The position numbers and the translations under genes are program-made. From NCBI GenBank assembly GCA_040758135.1, contig JBFLWA010000008.1, positions 29,226-93,225 on the forward strand: 64,000 nucleotides of DNA, written 5' to 3'. This DNA is from Bacillota bacterium. Its GTDB lineage: Bacteria; Bacillota; Sulfobacillia; JBFLWA01. The notes under the pieces are model-generated. The model was not told where the DNA came from, did no database searches, and was given only the letters and a program-made list of their open reading frames with translations. Shown here piece by piece: positions 9,789 to 18,542 of this stretch (positions are counted from its first letter, which is position 1; each line of letters opens with the position of its first letter).

Positions 9789-11798
9789 ATGATGGCTAAG
9801 CTGACTATCGATGGCCAGACCATCGAGATAAACAGCGAGAAGAATGTCCTGGAGCTCGTGCGGAAGCTCGGCATCAACCTGCCTACCTTCTGCTACCACT
9901 CGGAACTCTCCGTCTACGGCGCCTGCCGTCTCTGTATGGTGGAGGAAGAGAAGATGGGACTGATAGCGGCCTGTTCCACGCCGCCCCAGGATGGAATGGT
10001 CATCCGGACAAATACCAACCGCACCCGGCGGCTGCGCCGGACCGTGATCGAGCTGCTGCTGGCCAACCACCACCGCGATTGCACCACTTGCGAAAAGAAC
10101 GAGGCCTGTAAACTGCAGAGCCTGGCTCACCAGCTGGGCGTACGCAAGGTGCGCTTCGGTGAGCGCACCGAGATACTGCCCATCGACAACAGCAGCCCGG
10201 CGGTGGTCCGTGATCCCAACAAATGCATCCTCTGCGGCGACTGTGTCCGCATGTGCAGTGAGATCCAGGGCATCGGTGTGCTCAATTTCGCCAACCGGGG
10301 TGCCAAGACTACCGTAGCTCCGGCCTTTAATAAGCAGCTGAGCGAGGTTGACTGCGTCAACTGCGGTCAGTGCGTGGCGGTCTGCCCCACCGGAGCCCTG
10401 ACCGTAAGGTCGGAGACCGAGATCGTCTGGAATGCCCTACACGACCCGACTAAGACCGTCATCGCTCAGGTGGCGCCGGCAGTGCGCGTCGCCCTCAGCG
10501 AGGAGTTCGGCGGCCAGCCGGGCGAGCTGGTCACAGGCCGCCTGGTGGCCGGCTTGCGGCGTCTGGGCTTCGCCAAGGTATTTGACACCACCTTCACCGC
10601 CGACCTGACCGCGGTCGAGGAGACCGATGAGTTCCTGGCCCGCCTGGCCAAAGGCGAGCGGCTGCCCCAGTTCACTTCGTGCTGCCCGGGCTGGGTCAAG
10701 TTCTGCGAGCAGTACTATCCTGAGCTGCTGCCTAACGTTTCCACCTGTAAGTCTCCGCAACAGATGTTCGGATCGGTGGCCAAGCGCTTCTACTCGCGGC
10801 AGTTGGGGGTCGAGCCCAAAGATCTCTTCGTGGTCTCCATCATGCCCTGCACGGCCAAGAAGTTTGAGGCCCGACGCCCAGAATTCGCCTACCAGGGCAT
10901 CCGGGAAGTGGATGCGGTCATCAGTACCACCGAACTGGCGCTTCTGCTCAAGCAGGACGGCATTGTCTTTAACGAACTGGAGGACGAGGCCTTTGATACT
11001 CCGCTGGGCCTCACCAGCGGCGCCGGCGTGCTCTTCGGGGTCACCGGCGGTGTGGCCGAGGCAGCTCTACGGGCAGCCAGCGGCGCCTTAGGGGTCAACC
11101 TGGATAAGGTCGAGTTCCACGAGGTGCGCGGTTTCGAGGGAATCCGCTCGGCTGCAGTCCGGCTGGGCGACGCCGAGCTGAAGGTAGCGGTAGTTAACGG
11201 GCTCGGTAATGCCCGGGAGCTAATCGAAAAGATCAAGCGTGGCGAGGTCCACTATGATCTCATCGAGGTGATGGCCTGCCCCGGCGGATGTGTCGGCGGT
11301 GGCGGCCAGCCGTACCCTAATGACAGCCAGACCCGTCAGGCGCGGGCGAAAGGGCTCTACCGGCGGGATAAGATGACCCAGTTCCGCCGGCCTCAGGATA
11401 ACCTGGCGGTCCAGCAGGTCTACGAGAAGTGGCTCGACGGCCGGCATAGCCAGACCGCCCATGATGCCCTGCATACTTCGTACCGGCCGCGACGGCGGAT
11501 CGATGGCAGCGAGATCGTCCTCAACGGCGCCCGCAGCGATGCCCAGCCGGTGGAGGTAGCGGTCTGCGTAGGCACCGGCTGCTATTTGCGGGGTTCCTAC
11601 GATGTGCTGGCCCAATTTACCCAGCTGTCGCTCAGCGATGAACTGGCCGGCCGCGTCAACCTGAAAGCCACCTTCTGCCTGGAGCACTGCGACAAGGGGG
11701 CCAGCCTTAAGGTCGGTGACCGAATCGTGACCGGGGTTACCCCGGAGAATGCGGCCCAAGTCTTTCACAAGGAAGTAGCCTCACTGTTCCAGAAGTAA
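9789..11798 (+). CDS. hydA: [FeFe]-hydrogenase catalytic subunit (H-cluster). N-terminal 2Fe-2S and multiple 4Fe-4S domains, plus a C-terminal thioredoxin-like 2Fe-2S domain.
   Basis: All three H-cluster motifs are intact: L1 TSCCPGW, L2 MPCTAKKFE, L3 EVMACPGGCVGGGGQP. The C-terminal 120 aa carry NuoE-like CVGTGCYLRG ... FCLEHC cysteines. Confidence 0.9.
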   Translation: MMAKLTIDGQTIEINSEKNVLELVRKLGINLPTFCYHSELSVYGACRLCMVEEEKMGLIAACSTPPQDGMVIRTNTNRTRRLRRTVIELLLANHHRDCTTCEKNEACKLQSLAHQLGVRKVRFGERTEILPIDNSSPAVVRDPNKCILCGDCVRMCSEIQGIGVLNFANRGAKTTVAPAFNKQLSEVDCVNCGQCVAVCPTGALTVRSETEIVWNALHDPTKTVIAQVAPAVRVALSEEFGGQPGELVTGRLVAGLRRLGFAKVFDTTFTADLTAVEETDEFLARLAKGERLPQFTSCCPGWVKFCEQYYPELLPNVSTCKSPQQMFGSVAKRFYSRQLGVEPKDLFVVSIMPCTAKKFEARRPEFAYQGIREVDAVISTTELALLLKQDGIVFNELEDEAFDTPLGLTSGAGVLFGVTGGVAEAALRAASGALGVNLDKVEFHEVRGFEGIRSAAVRLGDAELKVAVVNGLGNARELIEKIKRGEVHYDLIEVMACPGGCVGGGGQPYPNDSQTRQARAKGLYRRDKMTQFRRPQDNLAVQQVYEKWLDGRHSQTAHDALHTSYRPRRRIDGSEIVLNGARSDAQPVEVAVCVGTGCYLRGSYDVLAQFTQLSLSDELAGRVNLKATFCLEHCDKGASLKVGDRIVTGVTPENAAQVFHKEVASLFQK

Positions 11799-11819
11799 CT
11801 GGTAGTCGGGAAGAGGGAG

Positions 11820-12080
11820 TTGGTTGGCTTGCTGATGGTTCAGATCTGCGTGGGAAGCTCGTGTTTCCTGCGGGGCGCGCCGGAAGTCATCAAACAGCTA
11901 CAGGAGCTGTTGGCCGCGCACGAGGTAACTGAACGGGTGGTGCTAAAGGGCTCCTTCTGCATGGAACTGTGCACCAAAGGAGTGACGGTGCGCGTCGGTG
12001 ATAAGGTCATCAGTGGAGTCACACCACAGGATGTCCCAGACCTCTTTGCAACCGAAATCTTGTCAGCCTTAAAGGAGTGA
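11820..12080 (+). CDS. Small thioredoxin-like [2Fe-2S] ferredoxin (NuoE-fold), paralogous to the HydA C-terminal domain
   Basis: 86 aa. CVGSSCFLRG ... FCMELC ... VGDKVISGVTP mirrors the HydA tail (CVGTGCYLRG ... FCLEHC ... VGDRIVTGVTP). Confidence 0.6.
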   Translation: MVGLLMVQICVGSSCFLRGAPEVIKQLQELLAAHEVTERVVLKGSFCMELCTKGVTVRVGDKVISGVTPQDVPDLFATEILSALKE

Positions 12081-12086
12081 TCGACT

Positions 12087-13832
12087 ATGGCCGACCAGCC
12101 TGATGAGTTCATCACTACCATCCGGGCCAAGTGCCGGGACTGCTATAAGTGTCTACGGTCCTGTCCGGTTAAGGCCATCAAGGTCGAGCCGGGCGATCTA
12201 CCCCACGAGCTGCACGCGCGAGTGCTGCCGGACCGTTGCATCCTGGATGGCCGCTGCGTTCTGGTCTGCCCGCAACAGGCGAAAAAAGTTAGTAAGGATA
12301 CTGATACCGTTAAGAGCATGCTTATCCGCGGGGATCGGGTGGCCGTCAGCCTGGCTCCTTCCTTCCCCGCGGCCTTTTCGGGCGATCCGCTGAAGATTCC
12401 TTCGGCCCTGCGCCGCTTGGGGTTCCACTATGTCCAGGAGACGGCCATCGGCGCCGAAATGGTGGCCGCTGAACACCAGCGGTTGCGGGCAGCCGGGTGC
12501 CGGCCGCTGATTACCAGTTCCTGTCCGGCGGTAGTCAATCTGATTCAGTGCCACTATCCTGAGGCCATCCCCTTTCTGGCGCCGGTGGTCTCGCCGATGA
12601 TCGCTCACGGCCGCTACCTCAAGCAGTTACTGCCCGATCACCGGGTCGTCTTCATCGGCCCGTGCATCGCCAAGAAACACGAGATGGGTGTGGCCGACCT
12701 GGCCGGAGCAGTAGATGCTGTCCTGACCTTCGAGGAATTGGCCGCTTGGCTGAGAGAGGCCGAGATTGACCTCGAGGCGCTTGCCCCTGGCGGGTTTGAT
12801 GGTATCAGCCCCAATTGGGCCCGCCTGTTCGCCGTTGATGGCGGCACCCTGCGTACCGCCGCCCTCAGCACCGATATCCTCAGCGATGAGGCCCAGGCGC
12901 TCTCCGGTCTGGAGAAGTGTATCGAGGTCATCCAGAATGTCGTCAGGGGCAGTGGCGACCTTCCCGACCTGATTGAGCTGGTCTCTTGCGAGGGTGGTTG
13001 TGTTTCCGGACCGATGTCCACGGGCTCGCAGGACCTTTTTGTCCGGAGGCAGCGGGTTTTGCGGTATGCGGCTGAGCGGGCCAGGGCTACGTCGGAACGG
13101 GCGGAAGACGGCCCCAAGGTTGACCTGACGCGCCGGTATATCAATAAAAAACCCAATCTGCCCTTGCCGGATGAAGACACCATTCATGAGATACTGGCCA
13201 AGTCGGGTAAGTTCACCGTGGATGATGAGCTCAACTGCGGTGCTTGCGGTTACAGCACCTGCCGGGAGAAGGCCATCGCCGTTTTCCAGGGTCTGGCCGA
13301 CCCCGAGATGTGCATTCCGTATATGAGACAGCGCGCCGAGTCCATGTCAGCTCTAATCGTGAGCTCAACGCCCAACGGAATAATCGTGACCTCACCCGAT
13401 GAAACCATTATCGATATTAACCCTTCCGCTGAGCGGATGTTCCGGACTACCCGGCAAAAGGCGGTCGGTCTCAAACTTGGTGCCCTTATCGATCCGGTGC
13501 ACTTCCGTCAAGTGATCAAGAGCCGGCAGCTGCTGCATGCCGAGGTTGCCTACCCCGAACTCGAACTGGCCACCCGCCAGACCATCTTCTGGGAGGACGG
13601 GCAGCAGGTGGCGGTGGGAATCTTCGCCAACTGCACCGAGGAGAAGCGGCAAGCTGATAGGGTGAACCAGCTCCGCAACGAGACCCTGGAGAAGGCTCAG
13701 GGGGTCATCAGCAAGCAGATGGAGGTAGCCCAGAAGATCGCCAGTCTGCTCGGGGAAACCACTGCCGAGACTAAGGTGCTACTGACCAAGCTCATGCGGG
13801 TGATGCGCGACGAGGATGGTGAGCCCAAGTGA
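12087..13832 (+). CDS. hydS: Sensory [FeFe]-hydrogenase-like protein (HydS type). It has 2x[4Fe-4S] ferredoxin, a degenerate H-domain and a C-terminal PAS domain.
   Basis: N-terminal CRDCYKCLRSCP and CILDGRCVLVCP. Altered H-cluster motifs: TSSCPAV (L1, proton-relay Cys to Ser), GPCIAKKHE (L2, Met to Gly), ELVSCEGGCVSGP (L3). PAS-like region 440-560 (IIVTSPDETIIDINPSAERMF). Confidence 0.75.
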   Translation: MADQPDEFITTIRAKCRDCYKCLRSCPVKAIKVEPGDLPHELHARVLPDRCILDGRCVLVCPQQAKKVSKDTDTVKSMLIRGDRVAVSLAPSFPAAFSGDPLKIPSALRRLGFHYVQETAIGAEMVAAEHQRLRAAGCRPLITSSCPAVVNLIQCHYPEAIPFLAPVVSPMIAHGRYLKQLLPDHRVVFIGPCIAKKHEMGVADLAGAVDAVLTFEELAAWLREAEIDLEALAPGGFDGISPNWARLFAVDGGTLRTAALSTDILSDEAQALSGLEKCIEVIQNVVRGSGDLPDLIELVSCEGGCVSGPMSTGSQDLFVRRQRVLRYAAERARATSERAEDGPKVDLTRRYINKKPNLPLPDEDTIHEILAKSGKFTVDDELNCGACGYSTCREKAIAVFQGLADPEMCIPYMRQRAESMSALIVSSTPNGIIVTSPDETIIDINPSAERMFRTTRQKAVGLKLGALIDPVHFRQVIKSRQLLHAEVAYPELELATRQTIFWEDGQQVAVGIFANCTEEKRQADRVNQLRNETLEKAQGVISKQMEVAQKIASLLGETTAETKVLLTKLMRVMRDEDGEPK

Positions 13833-15001
13833 GTGGGGCAGCCCGCCCGGCCGAGCTCTTCTTCGAGGTCGGCAGGAGCCAACTCAATAAAAAGAACGAG
13901 GAGCTGTGCGGTGATAGCATAGCGGTGGCTGAATCGCCCGAGTCGATGGTTATTGTCTGCTCGGATGGTCTGGGTAGCGGGGTCAAGGCCAATATCCTCT
14001 CCTCCCTCACCGCCAAGATGGCCGCCACCATGCTCCAGCAGGGCTGTTCATTGGATGAGGTTATCGAGACCCTGGCCCATACCCTGCCGGTCTGCGAAGT
14101 ACGGCACTTAGCCTATAGCACCTTTGGAATTCTGCAGATAATGCGCGACGGCCGAACCTACCTGGCCGAATATGATACCCCTCCCACCTTTTATGGGCGC
14201 GCCGGTCGCCTGGCCGGACTACCCCGAACCGAGCGGACTATCGGTGAGCGCATCATCAGAGAGGCGTTTTTTGAGCTCAGACCAGGTGACTGGGTAGCCA
14301 TGGTCAGCGATGGAGTCCTCCACGCGGGCATCGGCGGCATCTGGAACCTGGGGTGGGGAGCCGACAAGGTCGGCCGCTATCTGGAGATGGCGGCTACCAA
14401 GGGGGATGAAGCTACAGTAATAGCCACAGAAATCACTGATCTCTGCAGCAAGCTGTACAACGGTGAGCCGGGCGATGATGCCAGTGTAGTCATCGTCAAG
14501 GTACGGCATCCCCGCGACCTGGTGGTGCTCATCGGCCCCCCGGCCGACCGCCGAGACGATCCGGAAGTAGTCAGACGCCTGATGTCGGCCCCGGGTAAGC
14601 GGGCAGTCTGCGGCGGAACCACCGGTAACCTGGTCGCGCGCGAACTGGGCCGTTCCATCGGCGTGGATCTGACCTCAATAGATCCCAAAGTGCCGCCCAC
14701 TGGGATCATTGATGGAATCGACTTGGTGAGTGAGGGGATCCTCACTGTCTCCTACGCGGTGGAGAAGCTCAAGAGCGGAGTCCATCTGCGGGATGTAGCC
14801 TTCCGTAGAGATGGAGCCAGTCGCCTGACAGCTCTGCTGCTGGAGGCTGACCGCGTTCAAATCATGGTAGGGCGGGCCATGAACCCGGCTCACCAGAGTC
14901 CGGGCGTCCCCATCAATCTGGGACTCAAGAACAAAGTGGTCGAGGACCTGGTAAGAGCCCTCGCCGCCCGGAAAAAGACGGTTCGGGTCGAGTACTACTA
15001 G
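13829..15001 (+). CDS. PP2C/SpoIIE-family serine phosphatase with an uncharacterised ~150-aa C-terminal domain
   Basis: PP2C metal-binding aspartate motifs (CGDSIAV, VCSDGLGSG, MVSDGV). Start overlaps the hydS stop (ATGA-type). The C-terminal domain (CGGTTGNLVAREL...) is not recognised. Confidence 0.7.
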   Translation: MSGAARPAELFFEVGRSQLNKKNEELCGDSIAVAESPESMVIVCSDGLGSGVKANILSSLTAKMAATMLQQGCSLDEVIETLAHTLPVCEVRHLAYSTFGILQIMRDGRTYLAEYDTPPTFYGRAGRLAGLPRTERTIGERIIREAFFELRPGDWVAMVSDGVLHAGIGGIWNLGWGADKVGRYLEMAATKGDEATVIATEITDLCSKLYNGEPGDDASVVIVKVRHPRDLVVLIGPPADRRDDPEVVRRLMSAPGKRAVCGGTTGNLVARELGRSIGVDLTSIDPKVPPTGIIDGIDLVSEGILTVSYAVEKLKSGVHLRDVAFRRDGASRLTALLLEADRVQIMVGRAMNPAHQSPGVPINLGLKNKVVEDLVRALAARKKTVRVEYY

Positions 15002-15014
15002 CCCAAAAGAATTA

Positions 15015-15046
15015 GACTGTCGGTCGGACAGTCCAGCCTTTCTTTT
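15015..15046 (+). terminator. Rho-independent terminator after the hydrogenase/phosphatase operon
   Basis: Stem GACTGTC, loop GGTCG, stem GACAGTC, followed by CAGCCTTTCTTTT. Confidence 0.5.
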
Positions 15047-15066
15047 AACACCCACTCCATGTGTTT

Positions 15067-15092
15067 GGGCAGCTTCCCCAGGGAAGCTGCCC
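15067..15092. terminator. Perfect 11-bp-stem hairpin between convergent genes (possible bidirectional terminator)
   Basis: GGGCAGCTTCC, loop CCAG, GGAAGCTGCCC. Lies between the PP2C gene end (15001, plus strand) and the minus-strand DUF3795 gene end (15120). Confidence 0.4.
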
Positions 15093-15119
15093 TCTTCTTC
15101 TCTCTGCCAAACTCCGCTC

Positions 15120-15462
15120 CTATTCTCCGCCCCGGGGATCTGGCTTCCATGACCGCCCAATGTTTTCGGCCTGCTTCTTGAGGTAAGCGGCCTGCAGGTC
15201 GATGCCGGCGTTGTTGGCCAGCTTCAGGAGACAGCACATTACGGTAGCACTCACTTTGACCGGACCACTGGACCAGGTTGGCACAGGGGAAATCGCTGCA
15301 CTGGCTACAGTCACTGTACCTTCGTTCCGTCACGCAACAGGCATATAACTTGCACTGGCCTGACCAGCACTGAGTCCGGTCACCGTGGCATCCGCCGCAC
15401 TTGATGTCGGCCGGGTTCAGCTCTAGCCCGCGCTTCTCTTTAAACCAGCGCAGAATGGCCAC
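15120..15462 (-). pseudogene. DUF3795-type cysteine-rich protein gene with an apparent +1 frameshift
   Basis: Frame A from the GTG at 15462 gives CGGCHGDRTQCWSGQCKLYACC...CSQCSDFPCANL, the DUF3795 cysteine pattern. The C-terminus CLLKLANNAGIDLQAAYLKKQAENIG continues in another frame (15314..15120) and stops before the terminator hairpins. Frame A instead reads through both hairpins into the antisense of the PP2C gene. Confidence 0.45.
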
Positions 15463-15464
15463 GT

Positions 15465-16295
15465 TCAGGTCGAGAGGAACCCCCCGTCAACGGGGATCAC
15501 TGCGCCCGTCACATAGCTGGCCAGATCTGAGGCGAGGAACAAGGCCACCCGGGCCACCTCGTCAGGCAGGCCCCAGCGGCCCATGGCCAATCTGCTTTGA
15601 AAGTCATAACCAGTCTTCATCAGTTCGAAGTTGAACTGAGTTAGGGCCTTTTTTACAAGGCTCTTGGTACCGGGAGTCTTGATGGCACCGGGCACTAGTA
15701 CATTGGCCCGGAATCCCTGCTTACCATAGTCTCTGGCCAGCGACCGGGTGAGGGCCAGTACGCCTGACTTGCTGATGCTGTAAGTCACCATATCCCGTTT
15801 GAAGGGAAGGATCGCCTCAACTGATGATAGGTTGATGATTACCCCGCCGGCACTGCTGCGTCTCTGGATGAAGTGCTGGCTCATCCAGAATGCCGACTCC
15901 AGGTTCACGCGGAAGGTCTGCGCAAGAAAGGCTTCGTCAACCTCAAGGTAGTCGCGCATGGGATAGATGCCGGCATTATTGATCAAGGTATCAGGTACCT
16001 TCTCGAGCCCCACCCAAAACCGGTCGATAGCCTGCTTGTCCGAGACATCAAGGGCATGGGCTTCAAGGCTGGTACCGCTCGTCTCCAGCTCGGCCGAAAC
16101 CTGAGCCAGACGCTCCTGGCTGATATCAGCAAGAACCAGACTGGCTCCCGCCTCAGCGAAGCGCTGGGCCATGGCCAGACCAATGCCGGAGGCAGCGCCC
16201 GTAATCAGCACCCGCCTACCCGCCATCGAGATAAGCTCACTCGTGGATTTCATGCCAACACCTCCCATAGGGAAGGTTCCCGCTGGCCCAGCCAA
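15465..16295 (-). CDS. Short-chain dehydrogenase/reductase (SDR)
   Basis: TGAASGIGLAMAQRF Rossmann motif. NNAG motif. YSISKSGVLALTRSLA active-site YxxxK. Confidence 0.8.
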   Translation of the reverse strand: MAGPAGTFPMGGVGMKSTSELISMAGRRVLITGAASGIGLAMAQRFAEAGASLVLADISQERLAQVSAELETSGTSLEAHALDVSDKQAIDRFWVGLEKVPDTLINNAGIYPMRDYLEVDEAFLAQTFRVNLESAFWMSQHFIQRRSSAGGVIINLSSVEAILPFKRDMVTYSISKSGVLALTRSLARDYGKQGFRANVLVPGAIKTPGTKSLVKKALTQFNFELMKTGYDFQSRLAMGRWGLPDEVARVALFLASDLASYVTGAVIPVDGGFLST

Positions 16296-16307
16296 ATCCC
16301 TCTCGGC

Positions 16308-17024
16308 TCACCCCACTCCGCGACGCAATCGGTTCGCCAACTCCACCGGGAGCCCCGCCTCTTCTACAGCTCGGGCAGCGCGCTCCACATCGTAGGGCAC
16401 CTCGATGAAGTGCGCGGCTACCGCCTCTCCCACCTCAATTAGGGCATAGATCGCATTGGGGTTGCCATGCTTGGGCTTGCCCACACTACCGGCATTGATG
16501 AAGTGCCTCCCCGTCACCAGGCGGTGAAACGGGCGGTGCGTGTGCGCGAACACCAGAATATCGGCTCCGGAGAGCTCTCCGACTTCGCGCAGCAGTCCTT
16601 CGTCAGAGGAGTCCCGCAGGTACTCATTGAGCCGCCGGGGACTCCCGTGGAAAAAGTGAATGGTGCGGCCACCGGCTGACATGGTCAGCTCCGTGGGCAA
16701 GGAGCGAAGGTAAGCCCTGGTCTCCTCGCTGGTGTTCTCCAGGGTCCATCTGATTGACTGCTCACCCAGCTCCTGCTCGTAAGCATTGGCGAAATCGCAG
16801 CCACAGATCAGGCGCCGGTTGCCGATCCCGTCATCATAGTTGCCGGCCACCGTGCTCACTTTCCGCTCTCTCAGCCGGCTAACCACCTCATTGGGAGAGG
16901 CACCATACCCGACCAGGTCGCCGCAGCAGATAAGGTCATCGGGCTGGCGGCGGTCAATATCGGCCAGCACGGCCTCAAGGGCCGGCAGGTTGGCATGGAT
17001 GTCAGCGACGACGGCCAGCCTCAT
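16308..17024 (-). CDS. Metallophosphoesterase (calcineurin-like MPP, YfcE-like)
   Basis: MRLAVVADIHAN, CCGDLVGYG, GNYD and FAHTHRP motifs. The ATG at 17024 follows a GGAGG RBS and overlaps the ACR3 stop (ATGA). The longer 255-aa ORF-track start is rejected. Confidence 0.65.
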   Translation of the reverse strand: MRLAVVADIHANLPALEAVLADIDRRQPDDLICCGDLVGYGASPNEVVSRLRERKVSTVAGNYDDGIGNRRLICGCDFANAYEQELGEQSIRWTLENTSEETRAYLRSLPTELTMSAGGRTIHFFHGSPRRLNEYLRDSSDEGLLREVGELSGADILVFAHTHRPFHRLVTGRHFINAGSVGKPKHGNPNAIYALIEVGEAVAAHFIEVPYDVERAARAVEEAGLPVELANRLRRGVG

Positions 17025-18097
17025 TGTACTACCTCCCGTCGGCGACTGGGGAACCAACGCCTGGTGCGCAGGCAAACCCGCACCAGAGCCAGCATGAGCG
17101 GGACCTCAATCAGTACACCGACCACGGTGGCCAGGGCCGCTCCGGAGCCTAGGCCGAATAGCGTTGCGGCGGTGGCAATGGCCACCTCGAAGTGGTTGCT
17201 GGCACCGATCATCGCCACGGGAGCAGCTTCTTCGTAGCTTAGCCGCAGTAGGCGGGCGGCCAGATAGCCCAGCCCGAAAATGAGGAAAGTCTGGATCAGC
17301 AGAGGCAGGGCGATCATGGCGATTACCCCCGGCTGGGCCAGGATGATCCCGCCCTGGAGCATGAAGAGGAATACCAAGGTAGCCAGAAGCGCCACCATGG
17401 AAACCTTACCGGTATGCTTGAGAAAGACGGTCTCGTACCACTCCACCCCCCGCCGGCGGGTCAGACTGACGCGCGTCACATATCCGGCGACGAGAGCCAC
17501 ACCAACATAGAACAGGACGGTGTAGAACAGGGTCCGGAATGGGATCGTAATATCACTGGCCCCCAGCAGAAAACTGCCCAGTGGAGCATAGAGCAGCAGC
17601 ATAGTCAGAGAGTTCACTGCTACCATCACTAAAGTGTGACCCATGAACCCCTTAGCCAGATAGCTCCAGACCAGGACCATCGCGGTACAAGGGGCGATCC
17701 CCAGGAGGATCATGCCGGCCATGTAAGAAGTCCCGGCCTCGGCCGGGATGAAGCCGGCCCACAGATGGCGCATGAATAGCCAGGCGAAAAAGAACATGGT
17801 AAAGGGCTTAACAGCCCAATTAACCACCAGAGTCAGCAGGACCGGTCTGGGCGACCGGACCGCCTCTCGTACCTCGGCGAAGTCGATTTGCACCATAATC
17901 GGGTACATCATGAAGAACAGGAGGACGGCAGTGGGCAGGTTGACCTGCTCCACCGCCAGCGAGTTAAGGAAGCTCGCCGATCCCGGGAAAGCCGCGCCCA
18001 ACGCGATACCCGCTCCCATACATAGCAACACCCATAGCGTAAGATACTTCTCGAAGAAACCCAATGTTCTCTCTTTCGCCCGTCCAGCCTCGTTCAC
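17021..18097 (-). CDS. acr3: ACR3-family arsenite efflux carrier
   Basis: N-terminal FEKYLTLWVLLCMGAGIALG and 10-TM organisation typical of ACR3/ArsB-type carriers. Confidence 0.75.
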   Translation of the reverse strand: MNEAGRAKERTLGFFEKYLTLWVLLCMGAGIALGAAFPGSASFLNSLAVEQVNLPTAVLLFFMMYPIMVQIDFAEVREAVRSPRPVLLTLVVNWAVKPFTMFFFAWLFMRHLWAGFIPAEAGTSYMAGMILLGIAPCTAMVLVWSYLAKGFMGHTLVMVAVNSLTMLLLYAPLGSFLLGASDITIPFRTLFYTVLFYVGVALVAGYVTRVSLTRRRGVEWYETVFLKHTGKVSMVALLATLVFLFMLQGGIILAQPGVIAMIALPLLIQTFLIFGLGYLAARLLRLSYEEAAPVAMIGASNHFEVAIATAATLFGLGSGAALATVVGVLIEVPLMLALVRVCLRTRRWFPSRRREVVQ

Positions 18098-18181
18098 TTC
18101 CGAGCCCCCTATATTACTAAATGGTTATACACTTATATGGTAACCATCGCTGGCTCACAGTGCAAGAGGCTTAACCAAACC

Positions 18182-18481
18182 TTAACCGAGGTAGGGTATG
18201 AAGACTGCAGCCAGACCGAGAAGGAACAAAAAACCGAGCACAAAGGCGACGGTGGTAACGAAAATCGAGGACGCGAGAGCAGGGTCGATGTTCAGGGCGC
18301 CTAGGGTGAATGGAACCATCACTCCGGCGGCATTGATGCAGATCAGGTTCAGCAACATGGCCGGGGCGATAACCAGCCCCAGGTAGGGGAGACCCGTGGC
18401 CAGCCAGGCCACCAGACCCACAACAGCGCCCACCGCGCATCCGTTGATCACCCCCACTGGTACCTCCCTGGCCGGGTTCAT
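18182..18481 (-). CDS. Small integral membrane protein (3 TM), unknown function
   Basis: 99 aa, almost entirely hydrophobic. No motif recognised. Confidence 0.3.
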   Translation of the reverse strand: MNPAREVPVGVINGCAVGAVVGLVAWLATGLPYLGLVIAPAMLLNLICINAAGVMVPFTLGALNIDPALASSIFVTTVAFVLGFLFLLGLAAVFIPYLG

Positions 18482-18542
18482 CGGCAGCCCGGATGGCCTG
18501 GAGCGTTAAGAAAGAGGGGTGTACTGCACCCCTCTTTTCCTT

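Noticed and set aside
14998-15462. 154-aa frame-A reading of the DUF3795 gene
   Set aside because: It runs through two terminator hairpins and into the antisense of the PP2C gene. The family-like C-terminus is in the next frame.
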